Shown in pieces: positions 35,035 through 48,035 of a stretch of 48,068 nucleotides of DNA; within the stretch, counting starts at the first letter, position 1; every line of letters starts with the position of its first letter. Location of the stretch: NCBI RefSeq assembly GCF_001194135.2, contig NC_068996.1, forward strand, positions 7,614,276 through 7,662,343, read 5' to 3'. The position numbers were made by a program, and so were the translations under genes. The notes beneath the pieces are model-generated. The model was not told the origin of the DNA. It saw only the letters and a list, made by a program, of their open reading frames with translations, and did not search any database. This DNA is from Octopus bimaculoides. Its lineage: Eukaryota.

Positions 35035-36555
35035 CAGGGGTTGAACAAAATAATGGAAACACTTAGCATCATAATTTCGAAATACCTATAAAACCATCAA
35101 AAGCTTGTTTATTTTTATGTTTTTTGATTTATTATTAGTGTTGCTTAATGTGTTTTGCTAAAATTGCTGTTTCTTTTCAGATATCATCAGAAAAAGGTAA
35201 TTAAAATTCATTAAAACGACAGATCTATCGAACTTACAAAGAGGTCAAATTGTTGGTGCTCGTATGGCAGATGCCAGTGTAACGAAAACTGCCAAAATGT
35301 TTGGTGTATCAAGAAGTACTGTCTCGGTACTTCTTAAAGGCGGTGAGCTGGCAGAAACGTTAGCACGCCGGGCGAAATGCTTAGCGGCATTTCGTCTGTC
35401 TTTACATTCTGAGTTCAAATTCCACCGAGGTCGACTTTGCCTTTCATCCTTTCGGGGTCGATAAATTAAGTACCAGTTACGCACTGGGGTCGATGTAATC
35501 GACTTAATCCCTTTGTCTGTCCTTGTTTGTCCCCTCTATGTTTAGCCCCTTGTGGGCAATAAAGAAATAAGAAGTACTGTCTCGAAAGTAATGACAGCCT
35601 TTGAAAAAGAGGGAAAAAACCTCCTTGTTGAAACAAAACTCTGGAAGAAAAAACTTTCAGATAGGGACCGTCGGACTCTTACATAAATTGTTAGAAAGCA
35701 TCACAAAAGTACAGCTTCCAAAATTACTGCAAAGCTTAATGACCTCCTCAAGAACCCAGTTTCCACAAAAACTGTTTGCTGGGAGCTGCACAAAGTCAGA
35801 TTTCAAGGGAGGGCTGCAATCAGAAAACCACTACTTTCAAAAACAAACGTTGCAAAGCATTTAGAGCACAGTAAAAACCTACAGAATTGGTCCCTAGAGC
35901 AGTGGAAGAATGTTATTTTCTCAGATGAGTCAAACTTTACCTTATTTCTGACAACTGGCCGAGTATACATGTGGAGACAGCCAAAAGAAGCATTTGACCC
36001 AGACTGCCTTCTTCCAACTGTTAAACATGGAGGAGGATCTGTGATGATGTGGGGGGTGGGCTATATCTTGGAAATCTGCTGGCTCAATGGTTTCCCTTCA
36101 TGGTGGAATTAATAGTCAAGACTATTTAAGCATTTTATCTGATCAAATTCATCCTGTGTTTGCGGAACTGTTTTCAGAGATAAACACAATCTTTCAGGAT
36201 GATAATGCACCAATTCACACAGCTAAAGTTGTTACTGAATGGCACGAGGAACATTCTAGTGAAGTTGAACATTTTATCTGGCCATCACAGTCCCCAGATC
36301 TTAATATTATTGAAGATTTATGGTGCATTTTAGATAAACAAGTAAGGAGTTGATATCCTCCACCATCATCACTACAAGAACTGGAGACTGTTTTAGCTGA
36401 AGAATGGACAAAAATTCCTTTGGCAGTAATTACAGCTTGACTTCTATGAGGTATGGACTCATACAAAGTTTGAATTGTTTCCAAAGGTGGTCCTTCTCCA
36501 TATTAAAATGAATTTGTTTGAAATTTTAAGGTGTTTCTATTATTTTGTCCAACCC

Positions 36556-36558
<3 letters not shown>
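35035..36558 (+). mobile_element. Tc1-like transposon (DD36E), copy 2, with nested SINE and micro-inversion
   Basis: 28-bp TIRs caggggttgaacaaaataatggaaacac / gtgtttctattattttgtccaacccctg; FSDES, QDDNAP...(36 aa)...SPDLNIIE. Confidence 0.93.
35336..35570 (+). mobile_element. SINE family A, full-length young copy with 16-bp TSD
   Basis: aagaagtactgtctcg at 35311-35326 and 35569-35584; the same site is empty in Tc1 copy 1 (11671-11686). Confidence 0.95.
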
Positions 36559-36604
<46 letters not shown>

Positions 36605-38134
36605 CATACATATATATATGCAATAGGCTTCTTTCAGTTTCTGTCTACCAAATCCACTCAGAAGGATTTGCCCAAGGTGCCATGCAGTGGGACTGAATCC
36701 GGAACCATGTGGTTGGGAAGCAAGCTTCTTGTCACACAGCCACTCCTGCATATGTATATATGTATATATAGAAACCAAAGTTATCTTATTCCACACAAGT
36801 AGAAATAGAAGGAAAATAGAAGTTGAAAATGCACTGAGAATAGTTAAAATATATTTTATAAATATATCTGAAGCTTTAACAGGTTCCACAGATTACACTG
36901 ATTTGCAATAAGTTCAAATAGAAAGACGCGGCTTATGTCGCAGCTATCTTGCTTCTGACTAATGTTTGAAGTTTGACCTGTTTTTATAGGGAGTTCATGG
37001 CTCAAATTAATGTGTCTTGACAAGGATTTGATCGGTAGAGGATAGTCACATGACTGGTCTTAGAAATTTTTGTAGGTTCCCCGCTATGTCTGTGTGTTAG
37101 TATCAAGTAAGAATTTTTGGTGTTGTAAGTCCAAACAATCAATGCTCTGAATGTTTTCTGTCAAGTGTTTGCAGAGAATGAACACATGATTAAGTTTATA
37201 ACCTTTTGTTTCCTGCTACGTGTCATGTGACAGTATATTTAGTGTCATGTGACAGTATATTTTGCACCTAAAAAGAAGGCTGACATGGTTGAGTGAACAT
37301 GTTTAGTTATAACCAAGGCACTCCAAATTTAATCTGTCTGGTGGGAGAGTGGACAGGTGCCGTTTGTATGTAGCCCAGTGGCTAAAATTTAGGTTGTTAG
37401 CTGTGTAGGTTCCTTATAAGTAGCAGAATGAATTTTGTGCATGAATAGTTATTTGTGTATGTACTCTGTTAAAGTTTGTTAAGTCTTAGTTTGTACTTTT
37501 GTATGAATGTGTATACACACATACACAAATGCAAAACATGGTGGAAAAAATAGTACTTGAATACCAAAGGGAGAGTAATATGCTTCTATTAAAGCTACAA
37601 AATTATCACAAGACTGTTTATCAGAGCTTCACATTATTATTCATTGGACAGTTGTGATAACAACTGTCCAATGAACAGTAGACTTTTCTAGCTTTAGTAA
37701 AAGTATGTATACATATAAGTATATATATATGATGTATACATGTATACAGGCATGGATATGTAAGAATTAACATGTAAGCATGTGTGTGACTATGTGTAAA
37801 CAGATCAATATCAATGAAATCAGAAAAACTGAATGGAAAGGAAAAGAAAGAGAGCACAACTGAGAAGGTTAAATGGATATTAATGAATCATTATATATTT
37901 CATTAATTAATCATTTCTCTGATTAACAAAGATACATGGAGGAGCCAGTAATTAATTATCGGTTTAAGTGGATGACAGATAGATCAACTACATCAATCAC
38001 ACCAGTCTGGGACAGCTTTCAAGGATTAATGTCAACAGTTCCATCTTGTAACAGACTAATTTAGACAAAAGGACAAAATTCTCAAATGAATGTAAATATG
38101 TACTAAACGTTTGACACATCTACACAGGAATGAA

Positions 38135-38171
<37 letters not shown>

Positions 38172-38394
38172 ACCTGTATGTATGCATGTGTCCATTTATG
38201 CATATGCAGGCATGTGCACACGTGTGTGCATGCTTGTGCACGTTCACCTAAATCTACATTAATAAGATGTAATAAGTTGTCTTTACATCTGTTTAAAGTT
38301 TTGCAGCAAAAGTTTTAAGATTTTTTGTTTAAATTTATCTTTCACACACACATACATACACACACACATATGCATGTGTGTATGCATGTCATAG

Positions 38395-39091
38395 TCATCA
38401 TCATCATCATTATTATCATCCTTTAATGTCCGTTTTCCATGCTGGCATGGGTTGGATGGTTTGACTAGAACTGGCAAACCAGCGTGGCATATCAGGTTCT
38501 AGTCTGATTGGCTTGGTTTCTACAGCTGGATGCCCTTCCTAACACCAACAACTTCACAGTTTGTGCTGGGTGCTTTTAACATGGCACCAACATGAGCATT
38601 TTATGTGGTACCGGCATGAGCGCTTTTTATATGGTACTGGCACAAAACTCATTCAGGCCAAGGTGAATGGCCTTAACACTTCTGCTGTGAAGGACAGGTC
38701 TTCTTGACTACAGCAAGGCATCACATATCTCAGTCCTTTCTTATCTCATCCTTCAGTACTTTGTCCCATGCCTTACTGGATCACTCTTTCCATGAGTTCC
38801 ATTCACTTTGAGATATTGGCACTTCGTTATGGAGCAGTTGGTATCCATCTGCATCATGTGACCAAACCAGTGCAGACTTCTCTCTTGCACACTACATTGA
38901 ATTTCTCTTATGCCTAACTTCTCTCTCAATACACTAGCACTGTTGAACATGTAACTTACATTATACATCCAGCAGAGCATACTAGCCTCATTCCGCTTGA
39001 GCTTTCGCATATCCTCTGCATTCAGGGCCCATGTCTCAGTACCATGTATAATTGCTGTTTGTATATATGTATCATACAATCTTCTTTTCAC
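38395..39091 (-). mobile_element. RTE LINE 3' end: ORF2 C-terminus, 3' UTR and (ATG)n tail
   Basis: IIHGTETWAL...LREKLGIREIQCSVQERSLHWFGHMMQM continuous with ccaacccatgccagcatggaaaacggacattaaaggatgat tail. Confidence 0.88.
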
Positions 39092-40014
39092 TCATGATTA
39101 GAGATCTCCAGAGGCTCAACATCACCTTGGAAGATGTGGCAGAGCTGGCACAGGGCCACTAGTGATAGAGAGCACTGATGGACCTGGTCAACTCAATGCA
39201 TGATGATGCCTCTAGGACTACTAACTCGAAATGGCTCCAGCTGCATCAAGCAAGAGCATGAAACCAATAAACCAAGCCAAGCCATTTGTATTCTAGCTAT
39301 TGCACTCTCCATACCTCTTCTCCAAATACTAATTTGGCCACAACCTCTAAAGAGCCTCGGAGGTATTTGAGAAGGTCAATTTCTTAAGTATCCAGTTTCT
39401 TTGGCTCCTATGCAACTTCCACATACAGGCACTCCTTTCTCTGATAACCTTCCTATTATTCCGCTACACCTCTTGTGTGTCCATAGCTTATGTTGGGTGA
39501 ATGGAATTCCTGTATGGAATTCATGCCTACACCTTTCCTATATGTGTGCATGTGGATATATGTATATATGTGCATAAATAACACACACACACACAAACAC
39601 AAATAAATAGATATTTGTATATAAGCATTATACATACACAGAAGCACACACATCCTTAAAAAAGATTAAGTTTGTGGATGGGAGTGTATATGTTTTCATT
39701 TAACGAAAGAGTACATGATAATATTCCCATAATTCTTTAATTCTTTTATATTATGTTCAAGACTCAACTCTTATTTAAACATTAATAAAAATACAAAGAA
39801 AAAACTGATTCACAGTTCAATCCAACTCAACAATAAATATCTATTTATTCACAAAATACACTTTACATGTGTGTAGTTAACATGCAAGTGCATTTATGTA
39901 CGTACATAGTCTCCTGGTGACAACAAAGAGAACAAAACAAACAGATTATAAGACTTATACACATAACAGAATGTCGTATATTGTGTGGTGAAAAGCTTAT
40001 GATTAGAGTGAGTG

Positions 40015-40170
40015 TCATCATCATCATTTAACGTCCATTTTCCATGCTGGCATGGGCTGGAGGATTTAACAGGAGCTGGCTAGGCAGAAAACTGCACCAG
40101 GCTTCACTGTCTACTTTGGTGTGGGTTTTTATGGCTGGATGCCCTTTCTAACACCAACTATCTTACAGAG
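40015..40170 (-). mobile_element. RTE tail copy
   Basis: catcatcatttaacgtccattttccatgctggcatggg...ggctggatgccctttctaacaccaac. Confidence 0.75.
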
Positions 40171-40254
40171 TGTGTTTGTGTAAATAATTCTACAGGGATG
40201 CTTTTATTTTTAGTATCCTTCTCACACACACACACACATGAAAGAAAATGCAAA

Positions 40255-40512
40255 CAGAAATTGCTGAGTGTTTAAGAAGTTCACTTTTGACCATGTGGTT
40301 TCAGAGTCAGTCTTACTTTCCAACACTTAGAGCAAGCGTCATTAATTATAGCCTTAAGCCAGCAAAAACTCTAAGTAAACTTGATAGGCAAAAAGAAAAA
40401 ACAAAGTGAAAGCCTGTTGTGTATGACTGTCTCCATGCCACTTGACAACTAACCAGTGGTGGTTTGTTTACATCTCTATAACTTAACAAAATAGAATAAG
40501 TACCAGATTTAA
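40255..40512 (+). mobile_element. Old SINE family B copy
   Basis: Decayed head (taagaagttcac...accatgtggtttc) and tail (cttgacaac...atagaataagtacc). Confidence 0.5.
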
Positions 40513-40726
40513 CCCTTTGGCATTCAAACCAGCCATGTTCACCCTAAATATTCTGCCTCCTTTATGTTAAAACTGGCCAGATCTTGTCTCTCACACTCAC
40601 CCTACAATGTCCTTCTAAACATAAGCAATCACATCATGAAAATCTCAAAGCTATAAGAAGATGCATGATTAATTCAAAACAATGTGAATAAATAAGCTTC
40701 GACAGAATAATCTGAATGCTAAGAGA
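40513..40726. mobile_element. TTAA-flanked MITE, family 2
   Basis: TTAA|ccctttggcattc...gaatgctaagaga|TTAA; homologous to 43522-43742. Confidence 0.75.
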
Positions 40727-40849
40727 TTAAAGAAAATATCTAATAGCAATGATTTGTTCAGTTGTCCAACGACTGAAATAAGTAAAAAGAACTTGTGCAA
40801 TGACAGCAATAACAACATTGTATAAAGATACAGAATATAGTGCTTTTTC

Positions 40850-41960
40850 AGGCTTCTTAAGGAGTGTTATTGTGTTAAGTTCACAAATATAATACTTTGT
40901 GGGAGTCAGTGTTCTGACCTATGACTACACGATCTCCCTAATGCAGCAGTCACAACATCACGATTGTGCAGATATTGGGACAGCTTTGCACCAGAGAGTA
41001 TCTCTGAGTCAGGAATCCTGTTTTTCCACTTATCAAGATTTTCAGAAGCAGATGGTATGGAAGTGGCTCAGCTTCTTTGCACGCTGTTCATAGACAGTCC
41101 ATGCCTAGTAGAGTGGGAAGAACTTTGGCCCAGTACACTACACCCTCATATTTGTCTTTAGAATGAAACCTCTCCGATTTCAGACATTCTTGTGAAATTT
41201 GCTGAATGTGGTTCTGGCCATGCTGTGTCTCACATTCATCTCATCATCAATTATGACAATTTGAGAGAACAAGAGGATACACTTCCTAGGTAAAGGAACT
41301 TGTACACTACATTCAATGAAGATGTCGGGTTCAGTGCATGTCTTTCTTGGAGCTAGCTGATACATTGCTTCAGACATCCTTGTACTGATTGTCACACTGA
41401 AATTCTAACAGGTATCAGAGAAATGTATTGAGCTCATGACTCAATGTTAAAAATACTTGATCACAAAAATCACATTCTGGAGATCATCAACAAAACATCA
41501 GTAAACGGCCCATCAAGAAGAAAGAACGGACATAGAATGAGGCACTGAGAGCACAGTTATCAAGCTTTTGCTTGAAATTTCCAAAAGCTGACGCTTGAGC
41601 CATCAGTGTGTTATTTAATACCAATGCTAATATCTGTGTCTTCAAATTTGTAGACATCAGTCAGCATGTCTTATAACCTAAGTGAATAGAATAGGAGCAA
41701 AGACACAACCTTGTTTTACTCCATTGTGGATAGAGAATGGTTCTAATAACCCTGCAATGCCTTTAACCCTAGCTAGCATGATGACATATGTCATACAGTG
41801 GTGATGAATTTTCTAAGGCATCCATATTCTGCCATGAGATGCCATAGACTTTCTCTATTTTCAGGGTCAAAAATCTTGGTCAGACTGACATGGATGCAGT
41901 ACAAGTTAGCATTCTGTTCTTGACATTTCTCTTGGAGCTATCAAGCATCAAAACACCATT
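40850..41960 (-). mobile_element. Decayed RTE (BovB-like) LINE ORF2 fragment
   Basis: NGVKQGCV; MYQLAPRKTCTEPDIFI...SQIVIIDDEMNVR; KWKNRIPDSEIL. Confidence 0.7.
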
Positions 41961-43195
41961 AGTATGGAGTTTACTGCTAGACAGAAAAGAAAATGTATTA
42001 AGAGGTAAAAAGGACAGGTATTTTACAGGAAAATTATAAGATATGATGTTCATACCTTTCTCAATGACATTTGTGGTACAAATGAATTGAAAATATATAT
42101 TCAGTCAGGAGATTGGAACCAAGTTTTGGACTTGACCTAGATGCCAACTGTCTAAAATGGGTGGATAGATGAGTGGGTGGTTAGTTGGGTGGGTGGGTAG
42201 GTAAATGGATGGGTAGATGCATAGACAGACAAATCACTGGATAGAACAGACATATGCATACACACACACAAGCAGGCAATATATACCAATCTTTATTATG
42301 CATATGTAACAGGAAGGTCAGAAAAAAGGAAGATAGAAAGAATAGTGTAAGAAAAAGAGAAAAGACAAAAGGAAGAAAGGAAAACAAAGAAGGAAAGAAA
42401 AAAAAGAAATAAAGAGGCAAGGAAGTTATTGATATAATATCAAGAAATATACAGAAAGGGGGNNNNNNNNNNNNNNNNNNNNNNNNNNGCTGGAAGGAAA
42501 GAACAAGAGAAGTTTATTTAATCAATAATTTTGTAGGGAAATGTCAAAAAAGAAAAGTTTGTTTAGCTTTTAAATGTCCATTTCTAAATATCAATCGATA
42601 AATAACGTCGTTGACAGAGGTTACAACATAAGAATTACCAAAACATTTCACCAGCAAACCAATCAGCTTTCTTTGAATATTTTTCACCAGATCAATCACT
42701 CAATGGCATATTTGTAATTAAAAAAACATTTAATAAAATTTGCGAACAACATAAAATGTTGCTGCCTGTGATAAATATTTCTATCATGTTTTTTCATCTC
42801 AATTTATTATTATTATTATTACTACCATTATTATTGTCGTTGTTGTTGTTATTTGAATCATTAATATCATGACCAGCATCTTTATCATTAATAATCATTA
42901 ACTTCAACCTTATTATTAAGCATTATCGCTGTCACCATTGTGATCATCATCATCACCTCCATCATCACTATTATCATCCTCATCATCAATTTCATCTTTA
43001 CTATCATCGCCATCATCAGCATCATCTTAACCAACTTCATCCATACAAACTGCAGCAGGTAACACAGGCTGCACTTAGATGCAGTTTTCATTAGGTTAAC
43101 TAACACAAATAGTATTTATTCATAATTACAGATAGTTTGCTGCAGAGACCATATATTCATGATCCATACAGTCAGCTTAATTTATAATTAAGATG

Positions 43196-43340
43196 CACTC
43201 TCTGAGTGGTTGGCGTTAGGAAGGGCATCCAGCTGTAGAAACTCTGCCAAATTAGATTGGAGCCTGGTGTTGCCATCCGGTTTCACCAGTCCTCAGTCAA
43301 ATCGTCCAACCCATGTTAGCATGGAAAGCGGACGTTAAAC

Positions 43341-43375
<35 letters not shown>
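43196..43375 (+). mobile_element. Young 5'-truncated RTE tail copy
   Basis: cactctctgagtggttggcgttaggaaggg...ggacgttaaac(gat)n. Confidence 0.88.
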
Positions 43376-43377
<2 letters not shown>

Positions 43378-43521
43378 CAAGAAACTAAATGAATCTTTCT
43401 TAATATAGAAAGGGCTCAGGGTCAAAATTAGAAAATTAGAAAATTGACAGGTACAGTCAGAAAATTAGAACATAATCTGCCAGTTTTAGTAAAGTTGTAG
43501 CAACAAGGAACAATAGATTCA

Positions 43522-43742
43522 CTCTTTAGCATTTAAACCGGCCATATCCAGCCAAAAGTATTCTGCTTGTTTTATGTTCAAACTGGCCAAATCTGGTCTC
43601 TCACACCAACCCTACAATATGGTTTTTAAAATTAACAGCTACCTCATCAAAATCTCATAGCTACAAGATAATGCATGATTAGTTCAAAACAATGTGGATG
43701 AAAAAGCATTAATTTTGGCAGAATAATGCAAACACTAAAGGG
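43522..43742. mobile_element. TTAA MITE family 2
   Basis: ctctttagcatttaaacc...cactaaaggg|TTAA; left TSD decayed to ttca. Confidence 0.72.
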
Positions 43743-43879
43743 TTAAGAGAGGAGCAAGTCAATCCTTCACCCTTAATGGGAGCTCTGATAAATTTAGATC
43801 AGCCTAAAGTATATGATAGAGCTGACCATTATCATCATCAGTTGTCCTAAGCACAGCCAATATCATTCCTGTTTCCAGA

Positions 43880-44560
43880 GGCTAGTTTGCTACAATGTAC
43901 AGAGACATTTGTTCAGTGTTCAAACTAAATGAATGCCAAGCAGGACCATTTCCCATCACACACTCAGTCTGCCAAACATGTTCTTTTTCATTGTTTCTCT
44001 ATACTTTGGGGCTGGAGCCTTTGCTGTGGAAGTTGGAATATTAAGAGATATTTTACATATGTGGATAATGTCATGGTTATGATGCCAGACACATCAGAAA
44101 TTGAGGTGGTTGGTACCATACTGGCAGAGTATGAGGAAATAACAGGAGTATGTATTAACTGGAACAGATCAATAAGCTTACAATTCAGACAATGCCATGT
44201 AAGACAACAAAAGCTGAGACTGGACCAAGGTGCAGGTGCTTAGGGTCTGATTCAGATCAGACCTTTAAGGAATAAAAAATAAAATCAGCAAGCAATTTTG
44301 TGAAGGATGGCCAGTCTTCATCAGAAAGGAGCTAATAGAATGTTGTTCCAACCAGTCAGGTGGAAATGGTTAATATCATCTACACTGTCTCAATAGAGTA
44401 CTGCTACCTGATCATTGTATCTCGTCCTTGAAAACAATAGGCTAGGCTGTGGATGGGACATGCTCCTTTAATCAGAATTCCATTGTGGTCTTGAGAATCC
44501 ACAGCTGATGATGGCTTCTGAGCACAGTTTCTCCAAGTCATGAAGAATGGATCATGTTCA
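43880..44560 (+). mobile_element. Decayed Tx1/L1-clade RT fragment
   Basis: SVCQTCSFSLFLYTLGLEPLL (cf. QGCPLSPLLY..ALEPLL); YVDNVMV (YADD); EYEEITGVCINWNRS. Confidence 0.65.
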
Positions 44561-44944
44561 GAACAGTACTAAGAATGAGTGGTTTAGTTTTACTTGCATT
44601 TGTATATTCGCTTCATTTGTTATCTTCTTTATCCTCCGAGTTTTTTAGTTTATATTTTACAGATTTGTTATGTTTGACTTCAATTTGCCTCTATTATTTT
44701 TCTTCTAACCTTATATTAATAACCAATTAGCATACATAAATGTTTTGATGAAGTTATTCACTTTTTAATGATAATGTTGTTGATTTTATTCTAGTTTTGC
44801 TTAGAGTAGTTGTTTTAACAGCACATGTACTAAATATAGTTTCTATGACAATACTTGTGATAAATAATCCAGTGAGCACATCTCTTCATTAATTTAACCT
44901 GCACATGAATTTTACAGTTGTCATTTAACCTCTGGGTCAGCCCT

Positions 44945-45352
44945 AATCACCAAAAGAGTTATGATCAAATGTTGGGGAAAGCGAAATCGTGAAGGCACCT
45001 GTGCCCAGCGTCGCCTTTCTGGCACTTGTGCCCGCGGCATGTGTAAGGACTTTTGAGCGAGATCGTTGCCAGTGCCACTGGACTGGCTTTTGTGTGGGTG
45101 GCACATAAAATACACCATTTTGAGCATGGCCGTTGCCAGTACCGCCTGACTGGTCCTCGTGCTGGTGGCACGTAAAAGCACTCACTACACTCTCGGAGTG
45201 GTTGGCACTAGGAAGGGCATCCAGCTGTAGAAACTCTGCCAAATCAGATTGGAGACTGGTGTTGCCATCCAGTTTCACCAGTCCTCAGTCAAATCGTCCA
45301 ACCCATGCTAGCATGGAAAGCAGATGTTAAACGACGATGATGATGATGATGA
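44945..45352 (+). mobile_element. RTE 3' UTR/tail copy with modular 5' part
   Basis: gtgcccagcgtcgcc...gcatggaaagcagatgttaaacgac(gat)n. Confidence 0.85.
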
Positions 45353-45451
45353 TTACTATCTTATCTTTTTTTTAAGATACAGTGCACCACAACAACATTA
45401 TTTAACCTTTTCTAAGATAGTCTGGTGTTGCTATTTTTAGCAGATTGAATA

Positions 45452-45488
<37 letters not shown>

Positions 45489-45762
45489 TTAGGGCTTAGG
45501 TTTCTATGTATACAATTTAATGAAAATACCAAAACCATGCCCTCTATTGTTCAATTCCAGAAGTAATATGTATGAAATGGTGTGATCTTTATTGTTTAAA
45601 GATCCTGATAAAATGAGTCTGTAAACTGGTTTCAATACCTATTTAAGAGATAGATGCCACAATCTTATCTCTGTAAATGTGAGATTCTGTACGCTTTCAT
45701 CAAATTAAAAAGAGGTAGGGAGATAGCAGAGAGGTAAAAAGGGACCAAACAGAACATTTTAA

Positions 45763-45982
45763 CTCTTGATACCAGCCAACCTGAGATTACCAATGTTTCT
45801 TTGAAAAAAGTTTCTTGTATTAAAGTGATCTAAATAAAAATCTTCAATTAAAATTTCATGTTAATTTATGTGCCAAACATCAGCTTAATAACAACAAAGT
45901 TATTTCACAAAATTTTTCATTATTTAAAAATTTAATAGAAAGAAAGGTTGTGTATTTAATCAGAAATATGGCAATGAACAGG
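45763..45982. mobile_element. TTAA MITE family 1, decayed
   Basis: TTAA at 45759; gttaatttatgtgcc..cagcttaataac..cagaaatatggcaa. Confidence 0.55.
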
Positions 45983-46362
45983 TCAAGCTATTTAGTTTCA
46001 TCGTTCTACACACTGAGTTAAAATTCAACCAGATCAGCATTTGTTTTCATAATAAAAATATATGACGAAGGGAAATATATAGAGTAACAGAAAAGCACAT
46101 ACAATGGACAGTCAAATATCATCACAGTTTTGATATCTATAATAATATCGTTCAGTCTGGCAGTATCAGCAACATAAGCTGCTGGGGGTAAAAATGAAAG
46201 GAGATGAAAGATGAAACATGAACAGAAACAAAATGAAACAAGTAGAATAACAAGGAAAGGTGAAGTCTTTGAACTGAACAGTAAATAAAAACAAGTTATA
46301 AGGAGAAAGGGAAGAAAGTATATATGAAATGAAAGGGGAAAAAATCAATCCCTACAGGGTTA

Positions 46363-46582
46363 CTCTTTTACTTGTTTCAGTCATTTGACTGCGGCCATGC
46401 TGGGGCACTGTCTTTAGTTGAGCAAATCGACCCCAGGACGTATTCTTTGTAAGCCTAGTACTTAGTCTATCGGTCTCTTTTTGACGAACCGCTAAGTTAC
46501 GAGGACGTAAACACACCAGCATCGGTTGTCAAGCGAAGTTGGGGGGACAAACACAGACACACAAACATATACACACACATAC

Positions 46583-46659
<77 letters not shown>

Positions 46660-46937
46660 TACGACGGGCTTCTTTCAGTCTCCGTCTACCAAATCCACTC
46701 ACAAGGCTTTGGTCGGCCTGAGGCTATAGTAGAAGACATTTGCCCAAGGTGCCATGCAGTGGGACTGAACCTAGAACCATGTGGTTGGTAAGCAAGTTAC
46801 TTACCACACAGCCACTCCTACACCTGAACCTCTTTCGGTCAGCCCGAGGCTGAAGCAAAAGACATTTTGTCCAAGGTGGGACTGAACCCTGAACCATATG
46901 GTTGGGAAGCAAGCTTCTTACCACACAGCCACACCTG
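46363..46937 (-). mobile_element. Full-length SINE family B (46363-46819) plus a duplicated partial head (46820-46937)
   Basis: Head aggagtggctgtgtggtaagtaac, B-box ggttcagtcc, accttgggcaaa core, internal (TA)n(CA)n, tail gactgaaacaagtaaaagag. Confidence 0.9.
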
Positions 46938-47559
46938 ATAAAATAAATACCATTAACTGGATTTAAATGACTCTGCTATCGACTTCCCTACACTTTTGAT
47001 ACAATGCGTTAATATCAATATTAAAATGCTAAAAGGTGTATTGTGTACTCTTAGAGAAAACATGAAGAAACGTAATTTTAAGTGTTCTTTATAAATCTGA
47101 AGCCTTCTGTCTATGCAAGAAATCATTAGAAAAACTCATGCGCTCTGGTTTATCTTATTACATTAAAATTGGAAACTATTTAAAAATAATTATTATTAAA
47201 ATATTGATATTTATTTATTTTTCATACAAGCAACAAAATGCCATCAACGGGGAAGCTTTTGTGTGGTTACTCTACCTACCAGAAATAGTAGAAATAAAAA
47301 CCAAATCTCCCTCAAATTACAACCTGTCACCTTGTAAAAAGAAGGACACTTTGGATAATCAGTTTAAGTTTTGTTGCAAAGAGTGAAAAAGTATCAGAGA
47401 AAAATGATCTGAGAGAATAGTAATATAATGTAATGACCAGGAGAAGTGAACAAGAAATGAATAGGTTAAAAGATGGAGACAGGAAATAGATGAAGTGATT
47501 GCTGTAAATAAGAGATGTAGAAAGTGAGTGAGGTGTGAGTTTTGAGAGGGAGAAAGGTT

Positions 47560-47690
47560 GAGAAGAAGAGAGAGAGGAGAGAGAAAGAGAGGAGAGAGAA
47601 AAAGAGGAGAGAAAGAGAGAAGAGAAAGAGAGGAGGAAGAGAGAGAGAGAGAAAGAGAGGGGGAAGAGAGAGAGAGAGAGAGAGAAAAAT
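47560..47690. repeat. (GA)-rich purine tract
   Basis: gaga/ggaga/aaga repeats. Confidence 0.85.
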
Positions 47691-47828
47691 GAGATAGGTA
47701 ACCAGGAAGAGAGGTGGCAGTTATAGGTGGTGAGAGGAAGGTCTAAGACGTGTAGTGTAAGTTGACCAATCATTTTCAAGTGGAGTTTTCGTTACATACA
47801 CACACATATGTATGCATGTGTGTATGCA

Positions 47829-47876
<48 letters not shown>

Positions 47877-47877
<1 letters not shown>

Positions 47878-48035
47878 GGAGTGGCTATGTGGTAAGAAGC
47901 TCATTTCCCAACCACATGGTTCTGGGTTCAGTCCCACTGCATGGAACCTTGGGCAAGTGTGTTCTACTATAGCCTTGGGCCAACCAAAAGCCTTGTGAGT
48001 AGATGTGGCAGGTGGAAACTGAAAGAATCCCGTTG
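47877..48035 (+). mobile_element. SINE family B head and centre, running into its internal (TA)n at the window end
   Basis: aggagtggctatgtggtaagaagc...ggttcagtcccactgc...aaagccttgtgag. Confidence 0.85.

Larger units (their letters stand above)
34825..36747 (-). mobile_element. SINE family B copy split by the Tc1-like insertion (tail 34825-35030, head 36621-36747)
   Basis: Tail tctttgtaagcctagtactta left of, head cttgtcacacagccactcct right of, the transposon. Confidence 0.82.
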
